Assembly (NCBI RefSeq): GCF_036321535.1
Contig: NC_087437.1
Location: forward strand, 79,858,001-79,922,000
DNA length: 64,000 bases
Direction: 5' to 3'
From: Camelus dromedarius
Taxonomy: Eukaryota
The notes below the pieces were generated by a model. The model was given only the letters and a program-made list of their open reading frames with translations. It was not told where the DNA came from and searched no databases. Shown piece after piece: positions 49,701 to 63,061 of this stretch. Made by a program: the position numbers and the translations under genes. How positions within the stretch are numbered: the stretch's first letter is position 1; every line of letters starts with the position of its first letter.

Positions 49701-52700
49701 GCACGGAAAATTGGAAAGCACTGGAGGAACACCTCTGTGCCTTAATGGAGGTAAGTGGGGTGGGAGGATTTGAATTTGAGAAGAATTTAATTCAAGTCTC
49801 TAATATTATAACTATGTTTTGTTCTAGGCAACTGGCCTGCCAATATGGAAACCATCATAAAGTAGTCAACTCCAATACATTCCTTGATACAAGAAGAGAT
49901 TGGGAAGCAATTCAAGAATTTCATGGCAGACTTTATACAAATCACATTCTTCTCCACAGACAAGGTTTGGAGCCCTTGCTCTACCACCAGGCAACTATGA
50001 GAATGCCATCTGTGATCTCCCTCCTAAAAGCTAGTCATGTCTCAGGGCCCAGACCAAACCTGGTAGCCATCTCTCTGACTACCCCATCAGCCCGACTTTA
50101 AACACTGACCATGCTCTACTTTCAGGAGGACTCTGATGTGAACTCTGAGACTTCGAGGCAGGCAACAAATCAGGGTGTTTCAGCACTGTTCTCAGGCTTT
50201 GAGAATCCAACTTTGTCCCATATTTTCCATCTAAATTCCCTGACATGGTTTCTGTTTTGCTTCATGTTTTATTTTGTCTAGGCAAGCCCAGTCCCAGTTG
50301 CCTGAGCTCCCATCGACACATCTTGCCTTCCTAGGTGTATGTCTATCACTAAATTCAATAGCTAAGCCTATGCCCTCAACACTGAGTCGCTCTTCTCCAT
50401 CTGTCCCATGTTGCTGGTCAGACACACAGACCACAGGTAACGCATTCCATGGGAGTGCCCAGAGCCAGGAGAAGACCATTCAGAGATGGGCATTTCAAAA
50501 AGATTTCCAAATCTTACATGCCATGTGGAGACTAGAGTTTCAGGATGGTAAGAAAGAGGACTATGGGTCCTAGATTAGCCCGCCAGGAAGACAGCAAAAG
50601 GACCCACGTGGTTTTACTAAAAAGAGGTACCACAGACATCAGAGTTCTCAGCCCCATGAAACAACTCTATTCAGAGAGGAGCTGGATCTGAGTGGGCTGT
50701 TCAGATGAGCCCAAAGGACAAATTGGTAGTTACCTGTGTGGTCATATAACAATTAGCAGAGGTGTCCCCTTCCTACCTACTAAGAATGCAGATGGCAAAG
50801 TATAAAACCCTACTCATCTCAAGGGGTGGAGAGAAGTCAACACATAACGAAGTTTGAATATATTACCAGCCTGCTAGACAAGGGCTTATAATCAAAATAA
50901 CATTAAGTCATAAAGAAGGAAAAAATCCAGTATTTCTTGCAAAACTAAGTTTCTGGCCTGAGGTCTATACGTGGTTGAAATCTATGCCAAACCGGCTAAG
51001 AAATGGGAAAGTGTTACAGTGCCTCTCCTTTCCCTAGTATAGCGTATTCCAAGAGACTTTCACATTATATTTTAAAATTGTTGTTAACACGGATGGACAG
51101 ACAGTTCCTATCTGCCACAGAAAGCACCATGGCAGGAGGGATGTGGGGGGAGGTTGATATTGCTGGAGAGATGAGAGATGAAAAATGTACTGGCAAATCC
51201 AAAAAAACTTGTAGAAGACACGAAAATATTGATTGAAGGAGAAGGGTAACAGACGCCCAACTAAAGGGGCCAACTTTCAGAAGTCCAGCTAAAAAAATGG
51301 AAGTAATTATGTAGGCAGTATGTACTTTCCATATTTAAGATTTCTCTTAGCATTTTAATAAAAATCAGGCACAAAAATATAACAAAATTTTTTAAATGAA
51401 TGATTTCTTCTGCATGCAACTTGATGTCTAATTTTTAAGGAATGACAGCTTTGGCTGTGAGTTCAATACAGAATGTATTGGAATTATGTAGTAAATCTAT
51501 CATGATAGCCCTAATGCATAAAGGACAAGTATTTTCTCATTTGTTTCAGCTGCTTGGTATGTCTGTGGGATTTCAAACTTTAGCAGTAGAATATTTATAA
51601 TTTTCCAAATGAATGCAAAATTCTGTCAACTCAAAGTCAACCCAATGTGCCTATTTTTAAAAATGCAAGCATACCTTATGAATTGCATCACAAGGACTCT
51701 GGAGAATCAATCAAATCAGCAAAAGAGAAAACAAGAAATCTTAAAGAAAAATTGAAATAATAAAATAAAGATAATTTACTAGTAACAATGTCTGTAGAGA
51801 AATTTTGAATTTACCATCTCAAAGTATAATTAAAATTCTTCATATTTCAGGGTCGAAATTTGAGATATAATTCAAGAATTGCATCAAAAAGATTGTGTTA
51901 TGCCTACAAAAATATGACAATTTTGTTGGCATTTCATCAGAATCAACCTTCTATGAATTTGAAGCAATTTTGGAAGAGGTATCAGCTCCCCCTGGTCTAA
52001 ATGGGAAAAAAAGGCTGATAGGTTGTTAGTAGAGGTCAGTAAGCAGCCAGATATGAAATCAATAAAACTGTGCATTTATATAAGAGAAGGTTATTGAACA
52101 GAAAATTGCAAATTAACAGTAAGGTTCTATTGAGAGAAGTTTGTGTTCAAGTTAGAGTTCTCATAAGTGCTCTCTCATGTCATGCTGATGTGCAGGAAAG
52201 CAGATGGAATTTGGCACCATTTCAAAGACTGCAGATTGGATGCTATGTATTTAAACTACATGTAATTGGGAAATTATGAATGAGTCTTTGAGATAGAAAA
52301 TGTCAACCATTTCCTGTTATGCTGCAATTGGTTTGATTTATAACGACTTTATAAATAGTAAAATAAAAGGAAATGTATGTACTAAAATATTAGAGCAGAA
52401 TAGGAAAAGATCAGTGAATTTCTCAATTACACCAAAAGCCATTTCTTTTTGAATGGAAAGTGACTGACATTCAATTAAGAGACGAAAGTAATAAATAAGT
52501 TTGCCCTTTTATTACCATTCTATCAAAATGTAGAAAGCATTGTGATAGGCCAAGAGACCAGTTGACAAAGATACACAATAAATAACACAGGGCAAAGCCT
52601 AGCTTGCAGGGAGGGAAGAAAAAGCCTAATTGCAATTTTTCTCCATTGTTCCAAAGCCAGTCTTTTTGTTCTCTAATATATCTGCAGAGCGTTTATTTTG

Positions 52701-53569
52701 CTTCTGACTGTTCGGTAATCAACGTCTTGCCCCAGGCGTAGCTGGATGCTCAACCAATGTTTCTTTGGGGACTCAGTAGGGAAACCAATAGTTAAAACAG
52801 CCAAGCACAAGGATTTAACATGTTGACTACAAACTCAAGGACTGCAGCTTGGTGGGAGTGCTGGTTTTTCAAGGCAGTGATTGTACTAAAACAACACAAA
52901 GGGTACTTGGTTTACAGTGATTGAGTCAAAGAGCCAACCCACTTTGCATTTCCATACTATTCTCTCTCAAGTCTCCTATTTCAGAATTACCCCAGGCCAT
53001 GACTCAAAGGCTCTTGCGGTTTAATGAAAACAGTTGCAAATGAAAATTCACTGCTGTAAAATTTGCCAGAACTTGGCATCTGTCTCAGGAAGCACTTTTG
53101 TGGCAGTTTCTCTCATCAAATCCCCTAGTTCTGAATGACCCGAATAAGTAATGTTGTTTTTTCCTCTTTCTTTAGTAGATGGTATCCCATATCCAGCAGT
53201 ATAACCACAGGTCATCTCCTAGTCCTGGGCAAATTCTGGATGTTCAAAAAATTTAGAAATTTACTGAGCAGTCGGCCCACTTTTACCTAGGCTTTTGTCT
53301 GCTTCTCCAAAGCTATGAAAAGTCTTTGAGAAAGGTATTTAATAACACCTGCTCGTCTGCCCAGTTTACTTCACGCGCAGTACCTATCACAGAAAACAGA
53401 TAAACTCCAGGACATCCACAGTAGTCTATCTGTTCTCCACACCAACATAAGTCAGGTGATACATAGAATAGCTATTTAAATCGCACGTGAAACACAGAGA
53501 AAAACGGTTCCCCTTACAGACCACAAATAAAAATAAACAAAGATTATTTTTCAGACAAATTCGTGCATC

Positions 53570-54056
53570 TGAAAGAGCAGGAAATAAACTACTCCCCTGG
53601 TGCTAAACCTGTCTGCTGGTTCCTTCTGACTAAGAAATCCTGCAGTCGCTCTCTCACCCTCACTACTTTTGTGCTAAGCATCCCCCAGACTTCTCCCTTA
53701 CATTCTTTACAATAGTTTTAACCCAGAGGCGATGATGTTCCAGGAAGGAGGTAATGGGTTGATAATCCCAGAAGAATGGACAGACCCTCTGCAGGGCAGT
53801 TCCCCCATGACAGGAGGTTAAGAGGAATGTAGCAACACCCAGTAAAGCGCCCTGATTGTAAATGCCTTTTACTGATCCATTCAGTTTTCCTATAAAACTT
53901 CAAGACCCCAACCCTAAGACAGATTCCTCTCTAAATTCTCTAAATTAGCCTGCTGTGACTCCCCTTTGCCTGGCAAAGCAATAAAGCTGATCCCTTTCTC
54001 CCAAAACTCTGTCTCAAATTGGCTTTCAGGTTACAGAGGCCGGTTTTGCGGAAACA
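53570..54056 (+). mobile_element. ERV1-class solo LTR
   Basis: TGAAAGAG...GGAAACA termini, 4-bp flanks catc / tatc, TATAAAA at 53891 and AATAAA at 53980. Confidence 0.8.
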
Positions 54057-54062
54057 TATCTT

Positions 54063-54735
54063 TTTTCAAATAAAAAACATTTCTGGACTCAGTAAAGGAG
54101 AGACTTTATTCAAAAGAATAACTGTCACCAGGGGAGGGCCTGCTGGAACAGGAAGAGGGGGATTATCGCAACAGGAAGAAGCTATGGCTGTAAGATCTGC
54201 TACCAGAGTCTCCAGAGGTGGGCAAGAAGGATTTTCCGTGATAGAGAGGAGTCAACAAGGCCAGAGAGAGCACAGGATGTGGGGAAGTGGGATGGAAGTT
54301 CAGGGAATAGAGAAGCTCAGAGAAAGTGTCGCACTGAGGGCAGCCTGTTTTCCTATTTCTCTGGAGGGGCCCTGAAGAAAGATTCCGTGCAGGATCAGGC
54401 TGAGGGTGGGCCAGTTCAGGGGGTTAGGGGAAGGAGAGAATCTTATCCAAAATTTGGTTAACAAGCACTGTGTTCCTTCTGATTAATGGCGTGGGTTGGG
54501 TGGTAGGGGAGGGTGGCAGCAAGCAGTTCAGCTAATTATTTGTGAGCCAAGGAAAGGGAATTTCGAGGGTCTGTGTTTGTTAAATGTAAACAAAGGAAAT
54601 ATCCCAGAGCCTTATCTAAATCATATGGGGTAGGCTGGTTCTGTGCAGTAAGTAGTTTTTCAGAATAAATAAGGGTGAGGGGATTGCTATCAGCTTCACT
54701 ATTTACCAGAAACAAAGGGCTCAGAGAAAGACTTG
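54063..54735 (-). mobile_element. Second ERV-type LTR, opposite orientation
   Basis: Reverse polyA signal (agactttattcaaaag, 54105-54110) and G-rich reverse LTR body. Exact family not determined. Confidence 0.55.
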
Positions 54736-55780
54736 TTTTATGGATATTAAGAATTGCTCATCTTGGATTCTCAGTCTCTAGCGCTGGCCGGACATGTAAG
54801 AGATTTTCCAGGGTTTTATAAGGTGAAGGGTAAGACTTATCTTCCATAAGCAAGGTTATGAAGCTCTTATATATTCTCAACTTCACTCCTGCCTTAGTCT
54901 ATAAATGTTAATAGGCAAAAATCTGGTTGTAGGAATAGAAAAGGAATGAAGTGTTCCCAAGCAGTCTTAGGAACTTTTAACATCCGAATAGTTTGTGCAA
55001 TTCTATTTTGGACATACGAAGAGTAGGAGGGGCCCTGTGATTGCTAATTAAGATCACAGACTACCACAAAGGTTAATTCTTTATAAGAAGTGTGAATTGA
55101 TTTTGCATGAACACAGCCAGTTTAAATTGACATAGGAAACCACCTCTGCAGACCCTTTGACTTCTTACTCAAACACACCTCCAGCATCACGGCCACACTG
55201 CCCCGTTAGATAATGGAGGTTATTTGTTGTGGTTACTGGTGTCACTTGTGTTACTCTTACCTCCTCGTTTCATACTGATCTTTCCACAGAACGTAAGGAA
55301 CATTAAAAGTACCCAGTTGACCTTAATGGATTCCGTCACTCCTTCCTGTTAAAATAAAGGCTCTCTGAGTACTTCAAGAGTCTAACATAACTGGAGATGA
55401 TCCAGTGACTGCAGGATCTGGGAAAGGAGAGTGGAGGCTCTGAACAAAGCAGCCCAGTTCTTAGAGTGCAGAAGAAATGAGATTTAGGTGGTTTGATTTC
55501 TTATTTCATTCAGGCTTTGCTACATACCTGCCTTTAATGACCAAAATTTTACAGGTGACTTATTTACAAATATCTTTCAAAATAATGTTGTTGAACTTAG
55601 CCCTTAACTCTATCCTATGTATGTTCTAAAAGTTAATAAACGTGAAGCCTGAATTTCTTCTTCCGTACATCTGTCAGTTATGGAATAACCAAAAACAAAC
55701 CAAAACAGCTCCTAGGTTTGGTGTGGTGGGTAAATCATTTTGTTCCAGGTCACTGCTAAAGACGATTATGTCTCCAGCAA

Positions 55781-55876
55781 TTTTTTTTTTTTAATGGAAG
55801 TACTTACTGGGGATAGAACCCAGGACCTCATTCATGCTAAGCATGTGCTCTACCATTGAGCTATTACTCTCACCAC
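55781..55876 (-). mobile_element. Camelid tRNA-derived SINE (Vic-1-type)
   Basis: polyT then actggggatagaacccaggacctcattcatgctaagcatgtgctctaccattgagctat, the reverse of the element at 62961. Confidence 0.88.
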
Positions 55877-56332
55877 CATCCCCACCCCGAATAATTTTGA
55901 TCCTGAAGAGATACAGCCTGACTTCCTCAGAGCCAGAGAACAGGAGTCCTGCTGTTTTCAGCTGCTCTCCTTGCTCAGCCTACCATCTGGTCCCTTCAAA
56001 CCCACACCTCAAGGGACAGAATGAATTAACAGATCCTGTAGGTTTAAATACCCTCCACATACCTCTCAGGAGTGCCTGGAGGATGCCTCAGGCAAGGTAA
56101 TTATGGAAGACTATTGGAAGCTCCTGGATTCCGCAGACAGAAGGGGAAGTGGGAGCCTTGAACTTGGAAACAGAAATCCAGAGCTGCTGCTAGGCTGAGG
56201 TGTTCCCTCAGATAGTAATCCCTGATACACAGAGACACTCTGCTTTCTAGTGAATGCCAGAATGATTCCAGTGTAAATTCCCTTTTACACCACTTAAACA
56301 GGAAGCAATTTCACTATCTTCAAATTGATGGG

Positions 56333-56359
56333 TTTTCTTTTTTTTTTTTTTTTTTTTTT
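56333..56359. repeat. poly(T) tract
   Basis: ttttc followed by about 22 T. Confidence 0.9.
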
Positions 56360-57061
56360 AATTTTCTGTTCCCTTCTCCTCCTTTGGCTAGATGCTTGAT
56401 AATTCCAGTATCATTTCACTCTTGGATAGATCACTCTCCTGCAAATGAATACTGGGCTCAGGTGCACTCCTAACACTCCATGAATCCTTCACCTAATTAA
56501 TGAGAGGTGAGTCTCTCAACCTACTGCCCAGGTCCCAGGGCAGATTATTAGCACCGTTGCTTTTGATGGATCTTTTTAAGTGCTTCTCTTGGGAAAGATA
56601 TTTGAAAGTCACATTTAAATAAGGATTCAAAAATTACTGAACATTAATTCTCTTCTAGTCTCAAATGCTATTTCTGGCGAAGGTTATAGAGGCCATTTTA
56701 ATGGAAGAAATATACCATTATTTAGTTACCCCCAATTCCCAATATGCAGCAAAGGACTTTTACTAATCTTCCTCCGTCTTCCCTCCCCACCCCAACCCTG
56801 ACCTGACCTTCTCTAATGATATAATGGATTTGCATTCACATTGGAAACATAAAGAATGAAGTGAAAGAGAAAAGAACTAGAGCTCATGGAGGTTTCTTCT
56901 ATCTTTTTACCCCAACACAACCCTTGGGAGGTGGCATCTTGATCAAAGCATTTGTATGACTTGCAATTTAATGTTGTGTCCAAGAAAATTCTTTTCTTTC
57001 TCTCTCCTCTGTCTTATCCTCAGTTGATACATTAGAGTAAAACCAAAGAGGCTTTTTTCTC

Positions 57062-57225
57062 ATACAGAATTATAAAGCTGGAAAGAACTAAAATCCAATT
57101 CACTCCAAAAAGGAGACTGACTCAGAGAAGGTAAGTTACTTTCCCAAAGACACAAGCTTGTTAGCAGCAAAACCATCATGTGAGATCAGGTCTCCTGACA
57201 CCTACCATTCTTCCTCCTCCAGGAG
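57062..57225 (-). mobile_element. MIR SINE
   Basis: aggagactgactcagagaaggtaagttactttcccaaagacacaagcttgttagcagc...caggtctcctgac. Confidence 0.75.
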
Positions 57226-59724
57226 GCAACTTCAGTATAATTTGCGAATTTGTCATTTTTTTTAAAGAAAGTCAAGCATATATCTTTTCCTAGTCTGCCT
57301 TAAGACAAAAATTTTAAATTGATAAGATTCAGATGCCAAAAGAAATAATTATGGAATTGCAATTGCATTTATACTTCCTAATGTGTAGAGTAAAAGCTGC
57401 TACGGAAGAAAAATAAAAGGGAAACATGAAATTAAGAAAGAAATGAGTTTGAAGCTTTCTTAACATATATAAGCTTTTAAGAGATATATTCGGAAAAATA
57501 ACCAAAATACTAACTCATGGCAGAGGAAGACATTAAAACAACAAAGTAATGCTAAGTGCAACTTTGCAGAATGTTTCTACTATCAGGAAGGCAAGAGACC
57601 AACGAAGGAAGAAATGAGAATAGTGGTGGGTAAAACTGGAAGTAAAGATGCTCTGGATGGCAAATAGCTCATCTATTAAAGAGGCAAAGAGGCATATAAT
57701 TCACATATTAAGTGAACACAAAGGATCTGTCATCACACATTGATTTTGCACTGAAGCATCATAGGGGACCTCGGTCAAAAAGCAAAGATAGTTAAATTAG
57801 GCCAACAGTGCAAAGCTGCAGCACTGGAGGGAAATGATCATAGAATTGTATTTCAGGGAAAATGAGAGAACACTTAATATAACAGGAAAATAAAAGCTGT
57901 ATTATCCTTCTGTATACACATGTAAATCCTCTTAGCTTCATAGGGGGCTCATGCATGTCCAGAAAAAGCCGCTGCTTTCTCTCTTGAGTGAGCAAATAGG
58001 TCTGTGTGAGGAACGGCAGCCTGGCAGGGGTTAGAGGTGGGACTGATGAAGTCAGGGCACAGAAGAGACTTCTCCTAACACTCTCATCCCCGGGCAAAAG
58101 GGTTTTCAGATCTGAAAAGCCATGGATCACCTTCTTAGATAGATCTCCATTCAGTTCTCAAGGAGAGCACTGAACTTGCCCTCCAGATCTTAGAATTTCT
58201 ATCACATGTACCCACAGCAGTGAGAGACAGGGACTTTTCTCATGGATGCCCCAGTGCCTGCCCTTTCAAATGTACATCTCCCTTAGGCTCAAAATTAAAA
58301 TAGAAATTTTTTATAATAATCCTTCTAAAGTTTATATTCCACAACCTTTTATAAATTACACACCATACTTAAAAATTCCATCTTTCTGCCCAAAACTGCA
58401 CACACTTCTTTAACATACCTCTAGTCAATAAGACACAAAATCAGATGATAGATTTTTCAATGGTCATTAATAAGTATCACTACAGAAAAGTATTCATTAA
58501 CCATAATTGATTGAAAGAAGTCAAGTTGAAAGTTGTCTGCAGGCATCAAATGTTAATTTTTAGGACAAATATTAATCACATACTACAAGATCACCAGAAA
58601 GCACTCGGGTGGTAGAAGCAGGCAACTCAAGCTTTTTATTTGGACAACGTACCAACTAGTGTGAGGATATGGGGTGAGTAATACACCTGTTCAAAGATCA
58701 CATCTGTCTGTTTTGGGAGCACAGAGGCAAGTATCTGACCAGATACTGCAGATGTCACAAAGTCATTCTTTGCAGCCAGGACACCACAGGTAGCTTACTC
58801 TCTGTGCTCACCTTGTGATCCCTAGTGAATGGAGGCAAGGACTTCCTGGAGAAGCTGCAAAGATGGTTAGTCCTCTGAAGATCAAGCATAGGATAACAAA
58901 CTTACAAAGGACAGAGAGAAGAAATTAGGTCAGTTAGGAATCTCTTACTGGCTGTGGGGTAGGGCACATATTCCTGAGAGGGAAGTAGGAAGCTTATTGA
59001 AAAGGGAAGCACTCAGGTGTCCTTGTCTTGAATCTGGATGCCAGCTGATTATTACTGAGGAGGCAGGTTTTGGGACAGTGGTTTTGCTCATAGGTGACTC
59101 CATAATCTTATGTAAATAGTTATGAGATATTTATCTTTTTATAGCACACTTATTCCTTTTTTTTTTTTTAACCTATGGGATTTCCTATGAAAGTGGGAAC
59201 AAAAGGGAGTTATGCCTTGTGTGTTTGGGGCCCATGATCCTTGGTCCATGTATGCGGGTATGTCCTGCTTGTCAATGTCACGGGTCACGTGCAGTGAGTC
59301 AGTTAGGGTGTAACTTTTGGATGGTGCCGTTGAAAGTCCACTCTCCAGCTTGGGGATAGGTGCTATTAAAGGTTGAGGGAAAGGGGGAAACACAAAGGAC
59401 AAGGAGGGCCTTGGAGAAGCAGAGTGAGGAGGCAGTGACTGCTGTGAGTAGAGTACGCTCTCCTCTTTAGGAGAGCAGTTTCTACTTCTGGAGCTGCAGA
59501 TGGCTTCAAACTTTCAAAATCAGAAATAGTAGCACACTGGCAGCAACTGCTGCGTGAGGCAACGGGGCAGAAAGTGGGACTGGTGGGAGTGGCAGGCGAA
59601 CACAGAAGGCCGACAGAAATAGCTGCAAGAAACAGTGCAAGAAACCAGGACCGTGCCTGCTAAGGACGGGGACTTGGTGTGTCTGAAGATCCCAGTGACT
59701 GTGTTAGTTGAAGACAAGAAATGA

Positions 59725-59895
59725 AATCCCATACTGTATAGCACAGGGAACTATAATCAATATCTTGTAGTAACCTATAATGAAAAAGAAAATGAAAAGG
59801 AATATGTGTATATGGATGACTGAAACACTATGCTGTACACCAGAAACTGACACAACATTGTAAACTGACTGTACTTCAATTAAAAAAAAAAAAAA
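59725..59895 (+). mobile_element. 5'-truncated young L1 3'UTR with poly(A)
   Basis: actgtatagcacagggaactataatcaatatcttgtagtaacctataatgaaaaaga...cagaaactgacacaacattgtaaactgactgtacttcaatt followed by an A run. Confidence 0.9.
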
Positions 59896-59934
59896 GGTTA
59901 AAATCAAAGCTGGGAGAGTTAAGAAAGAGCCAGC

Positions 59935-60330
59935 ACTCCCTCCTCTGTGTTCTCAAAACACATACTGCAATTCGTAATAAAGGACAATTTTTCATCTACA
60001 CAATTGACTCTCTCACTAAATTGTGAGCTTCTTCTAAAAGAGCTGGGAGCCGTCTTACTCACTTGCTTGTCCCTAGCACCCCAGGTGGTACTTGAATAGA
60101 GCAGAGGCTCAAAAGTGTTTTTTGAAAGAGAAAATACAAAGTCCGCTGGAAGAGGCATGCTGAACAGGGGAAAGGTTCAATCGCGGCGTTTTAGAAGACT
60201 GCCTAGTGTAGCTCTGCCTCTGGCCGGAACCAGCTGTGGGACCCTAGAAAGCCATTTTATAGTTCTGAGATTTGGTTTCTTTATTGGCAAAATAAACTTA
60301 TTTTTCCAGATTACTCTAGAATTCTATTAT
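59935..60330 (+). mobile_element. L2 3' end followed by MIR fragment
   Basis: ctaaattgtgagcttc...gtcttactcacttgcttgtccctagcaccc...aggctcaaaagtgttt, then gctctgcctct...agctgtgggaccctag...tttggtttctttattggcaaaat. Confidence 0.6.
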
Positions 60331-61439
60331 TTTTGAAAGTAAAATCTAAATATTTTGGAAGTTTGCTTCTAATAGCTAAGTACCAGTTTTTACTAGACTT
60401 AGCACCTACCAAAAATGGGCTGTGTTAAAAGCCCCAAATTTTGAGAGTTTAATTCACTTTAGTAAACACACTAAACATTTAAAATTAACTCGACTCTAGT
60501 CTCAATAATAAAGTCACTAAATTGTGAGAAATACATTTTTAATCTCTCTAGATCTCTCTAAAATGAAAATATACTGCTCTCCCCAGTCTCATGTAAAAGC
60601 TGTGAGGTTATTACTTTGCACCCATTTACTCTCTGATTGGAAAGAGAATGATTAAGGTTACGCCTTAAGCTGATGAGTTCTATTAATCTTCCAGGTGATG
60701 CCTTTGTAAAAGAAAACACAGATTGCAGGTACACTGAATGTCTTTATTCTTCCAAAATGAGGGAGTTTCATAAAGATTGGGAATGTTTGAAATGAATTGT
60801 GTAAGGGCGTATTTATTTGTTTAATTATCTGTGTAAGCCATAGCATAATGAAAATATTGTAATTGTGTGGCTTTTCAAAGGAACACTAAGGAGAAAATTG
60901 TAAACATCATGGATGGGGAATTATGCACACAAAGACTAATAACTACAATCATGTTATTCAGAACTAGGGTGGTAATTTGCCCCTTAGGGGGTAAATTTGG
61001 AAAAAATGCGTATAAGGTTTAATCACGTGACTGTCACTTAATGGGTGTTGTACTGTGAAAGCCACACACCCCACACTGAACATTCGGCAGTAATTATTTC
61101 TTTTAGTAATTCTCCTGGTGGCTTCTCTAGTATCTGTAATTGCCCTGTTCTCAAAAACAGCACTCTTTACACGGCACCTACCCAACCAATAAAATGGTTA
61201 CAACATAGACTTAGCAATTAGAGATTTTTTTTTCTTTCAATATTTCATTACTGAGGGCTTGTTCTAAAGGGGAAAAATAAAATAAAATGAGTAGATGAAG
61301 TTTTCCTATCATGAGACCTAGGAATCTCAGCTGAGGGTGCCTCTTTATGAAGTGTTTTCCTCGGGGATTATTAGCCAAATATGTTACAGAAAATGGCTTG
61401 CTTTGTGATAGAAGAGCAACTTGTATTTAACTGGGGAAC

Positions 61440-61885
61440 TGTGGTGATTATTCTTTGTTTGCCACCTCTTTTCCGTCCTTTGCTCTTACCACTCTAATCC
61501 TACTCTTTGCCCCAAGAGACCAAACCTTGTGCATTGCATCTCCCAGACTCGTTATTTGGCTTCCAGTTGGGTTGGCCAATGGGAAGTCACTGGCGTGTAA
61601 TCAAGGGCTTCGGCCGGCACCCCCTCTCTATTAGTAGCTGTGCATCTCCAGGGCTGGAGCTTCTTTTGGTGGAGACCTTCCTCTGTGACTCCAGCTCTCC
61701 GTGGGCTTCTGTATCTCTCTTTATATCCCATCTCCTTCCTATCCCTGGGGAGTTAACTTCATCCTACTGTTGCTATCTCTGGGTGCCACATCACCCCTAT
61801 ATATCCCCTGAACTCTCCATGTCTTTGAATTATTACTTTCACAGAAATATCATTTGAACCATCTGAAGTGAATTCTGTCTTCTTC
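61440..61885 (+). mobile_element. LTR33-like ERVL solo LTR
   Basis: TGTGGTG start, gcatctcccagactc...ggcttccagttgggttggccaatgggaagtcactggc, end tttgaaccatctgaagtgaattctgtcttc. Confidence 0.6.
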
Positions 61886-62009
61886 TAAGGTGCCAGCCAT
61901 AAATCCTAACAGCTTATGCACTTAATGGTAGTCGGTGATAAATGATTTTTAGCATGAAGAGTTGCTTGATTATAGGTCAAATGTTGCTAAAACAGTTTTA
62001 CTAACAATG

Positions 62010-62258
62010 TATTGTGGTGGATACTGCAAAGAAATGAATGACCGCTTGCCCTTTGCCTCAATTTGGGACAACACTGAGGTCCGTCCTGGCCCCGGAGCCT
62101 GCCATAGGTTGGCAGATGCCTCATTGGTTACTTCAATATGATTGGCTCTCCCCTCTGCCCACTCGTGCAGATATATCTCCTGAGAGCAGCCCCCAGTAAA
62201 TCTTCTGCATGCAATTCTCAGTTTCTGAGACTGTTTCCAGGGAAGCCAATCTAAGTCA
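62010..62258 (+). mobile_element. LTR16-like ERVL LTR 3' part
   Basis: ccctttgcctcaatttgggacaacactgagg...tctcctgagagcagcccccagtaaatcttctgcatgcaa...ctgtttccagggaagccaatctaagtca. Confidence 0.6.
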
Positions 62259-62960
62259 TGAAGTGACTGGGATAAGCCTAGATCTGAGCTAGAGGAAGAA
62301 TATAGCTAAAGCCCAAAATTCAGCAAATATTTAGACCGTGACTGTAAGAATCAAATCCTTCTACAGTGTCTCATGGAAAAAACTGCTGTAGTCATCAGTA
62401 TAGCTATCACTGAGAATAGAAAAGGCACTTCCTCCCTTCTAGTGTTAGAGCTCGTTTTACCAAGCACCCCACAGAATGACTGCAGCCTAGCAGAACATGT
62501 GTGCGACTCCGTCAGGGACTAGGTGGGGAGACATCTGAATTGTGCCAGCTAGCGCTGTCTCCCAAACCATGGCTCCTGCTTTCTGGCCTCCGTTCTCCCT
62601 TCTTCCAGGGATGTGACTGCCCCTGCCTGCTGCAATGGGTTGGTTCCATGGAACCAAATTCGAGCATGGGTTCCTACCTGAGGCAGTCAGCTCATTAGGA
62701 CTCTGAGGAGTGCAGCAAGACAGTCTTTAAAAATAGCTGATCAAAAGCAATCACTGAATTAAAAAGGCCAGAAATAGGTTTTAAGTTTGAGCTGCAGAGG
62801 CAAGAATATTGATAGGAGTGGGCTGGGGCAAAGATAACAGTCCAGCAACAGATGAAGAGAATTCTGGGCACCTCCACAAAAAAGGTTTGGGCTTTTGAGA
62901 CTCGCCTGCAAGTGTGTCGATGAGGGTGGATAAGGCAAAAAAATCAAAAGGTTATTTCCA

Positions 62961-63061
62961 GTGGGTGGGGAATAGCTCATGGTAGAGCACATGTTTAGCA
63001 TGCACGAGGTCCTGGGTTCAATCCCCAGTTCCTCTGTTAAAAATAAATAAATAAATTTTTA
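62961..63061 (+). mobile_element. Camelid tRNA(Ala)-derived SINE (Vic-1-type) with TSD
   Basis: A-box-like tagctcatgg, B-box gggttcaatcc, (aaat)n tail. TSD aaaaggttatttcca (62946-62960) / aaaagattgtttcca (63062-63076). Confidence 0.9.

Noticed and set aside
50300..51270. Possible ancient LTR relics here and at about 37140-37700, 40480-40960, 48990-49200 and 58580-59700
   Set aside because: They have an LTR-like texture, but I could not fix termini or family with enough confidence to list them as features.
52920..53010. Pair of AP-1 sites, plus other scattered TGASTCA motifs
   Set aside because: The number of such 7-mers in the window is about what chance gives, so they are not informative alone.
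62961..63035. tRNA-Ala(AGC)-like sequence with A and B boxes (also reversed at 55800-55876)
   Set aside because: It has an A-rich tail, a TSD and broken stems, so it is a tRNA-derived SINE and not a tRNA gene.
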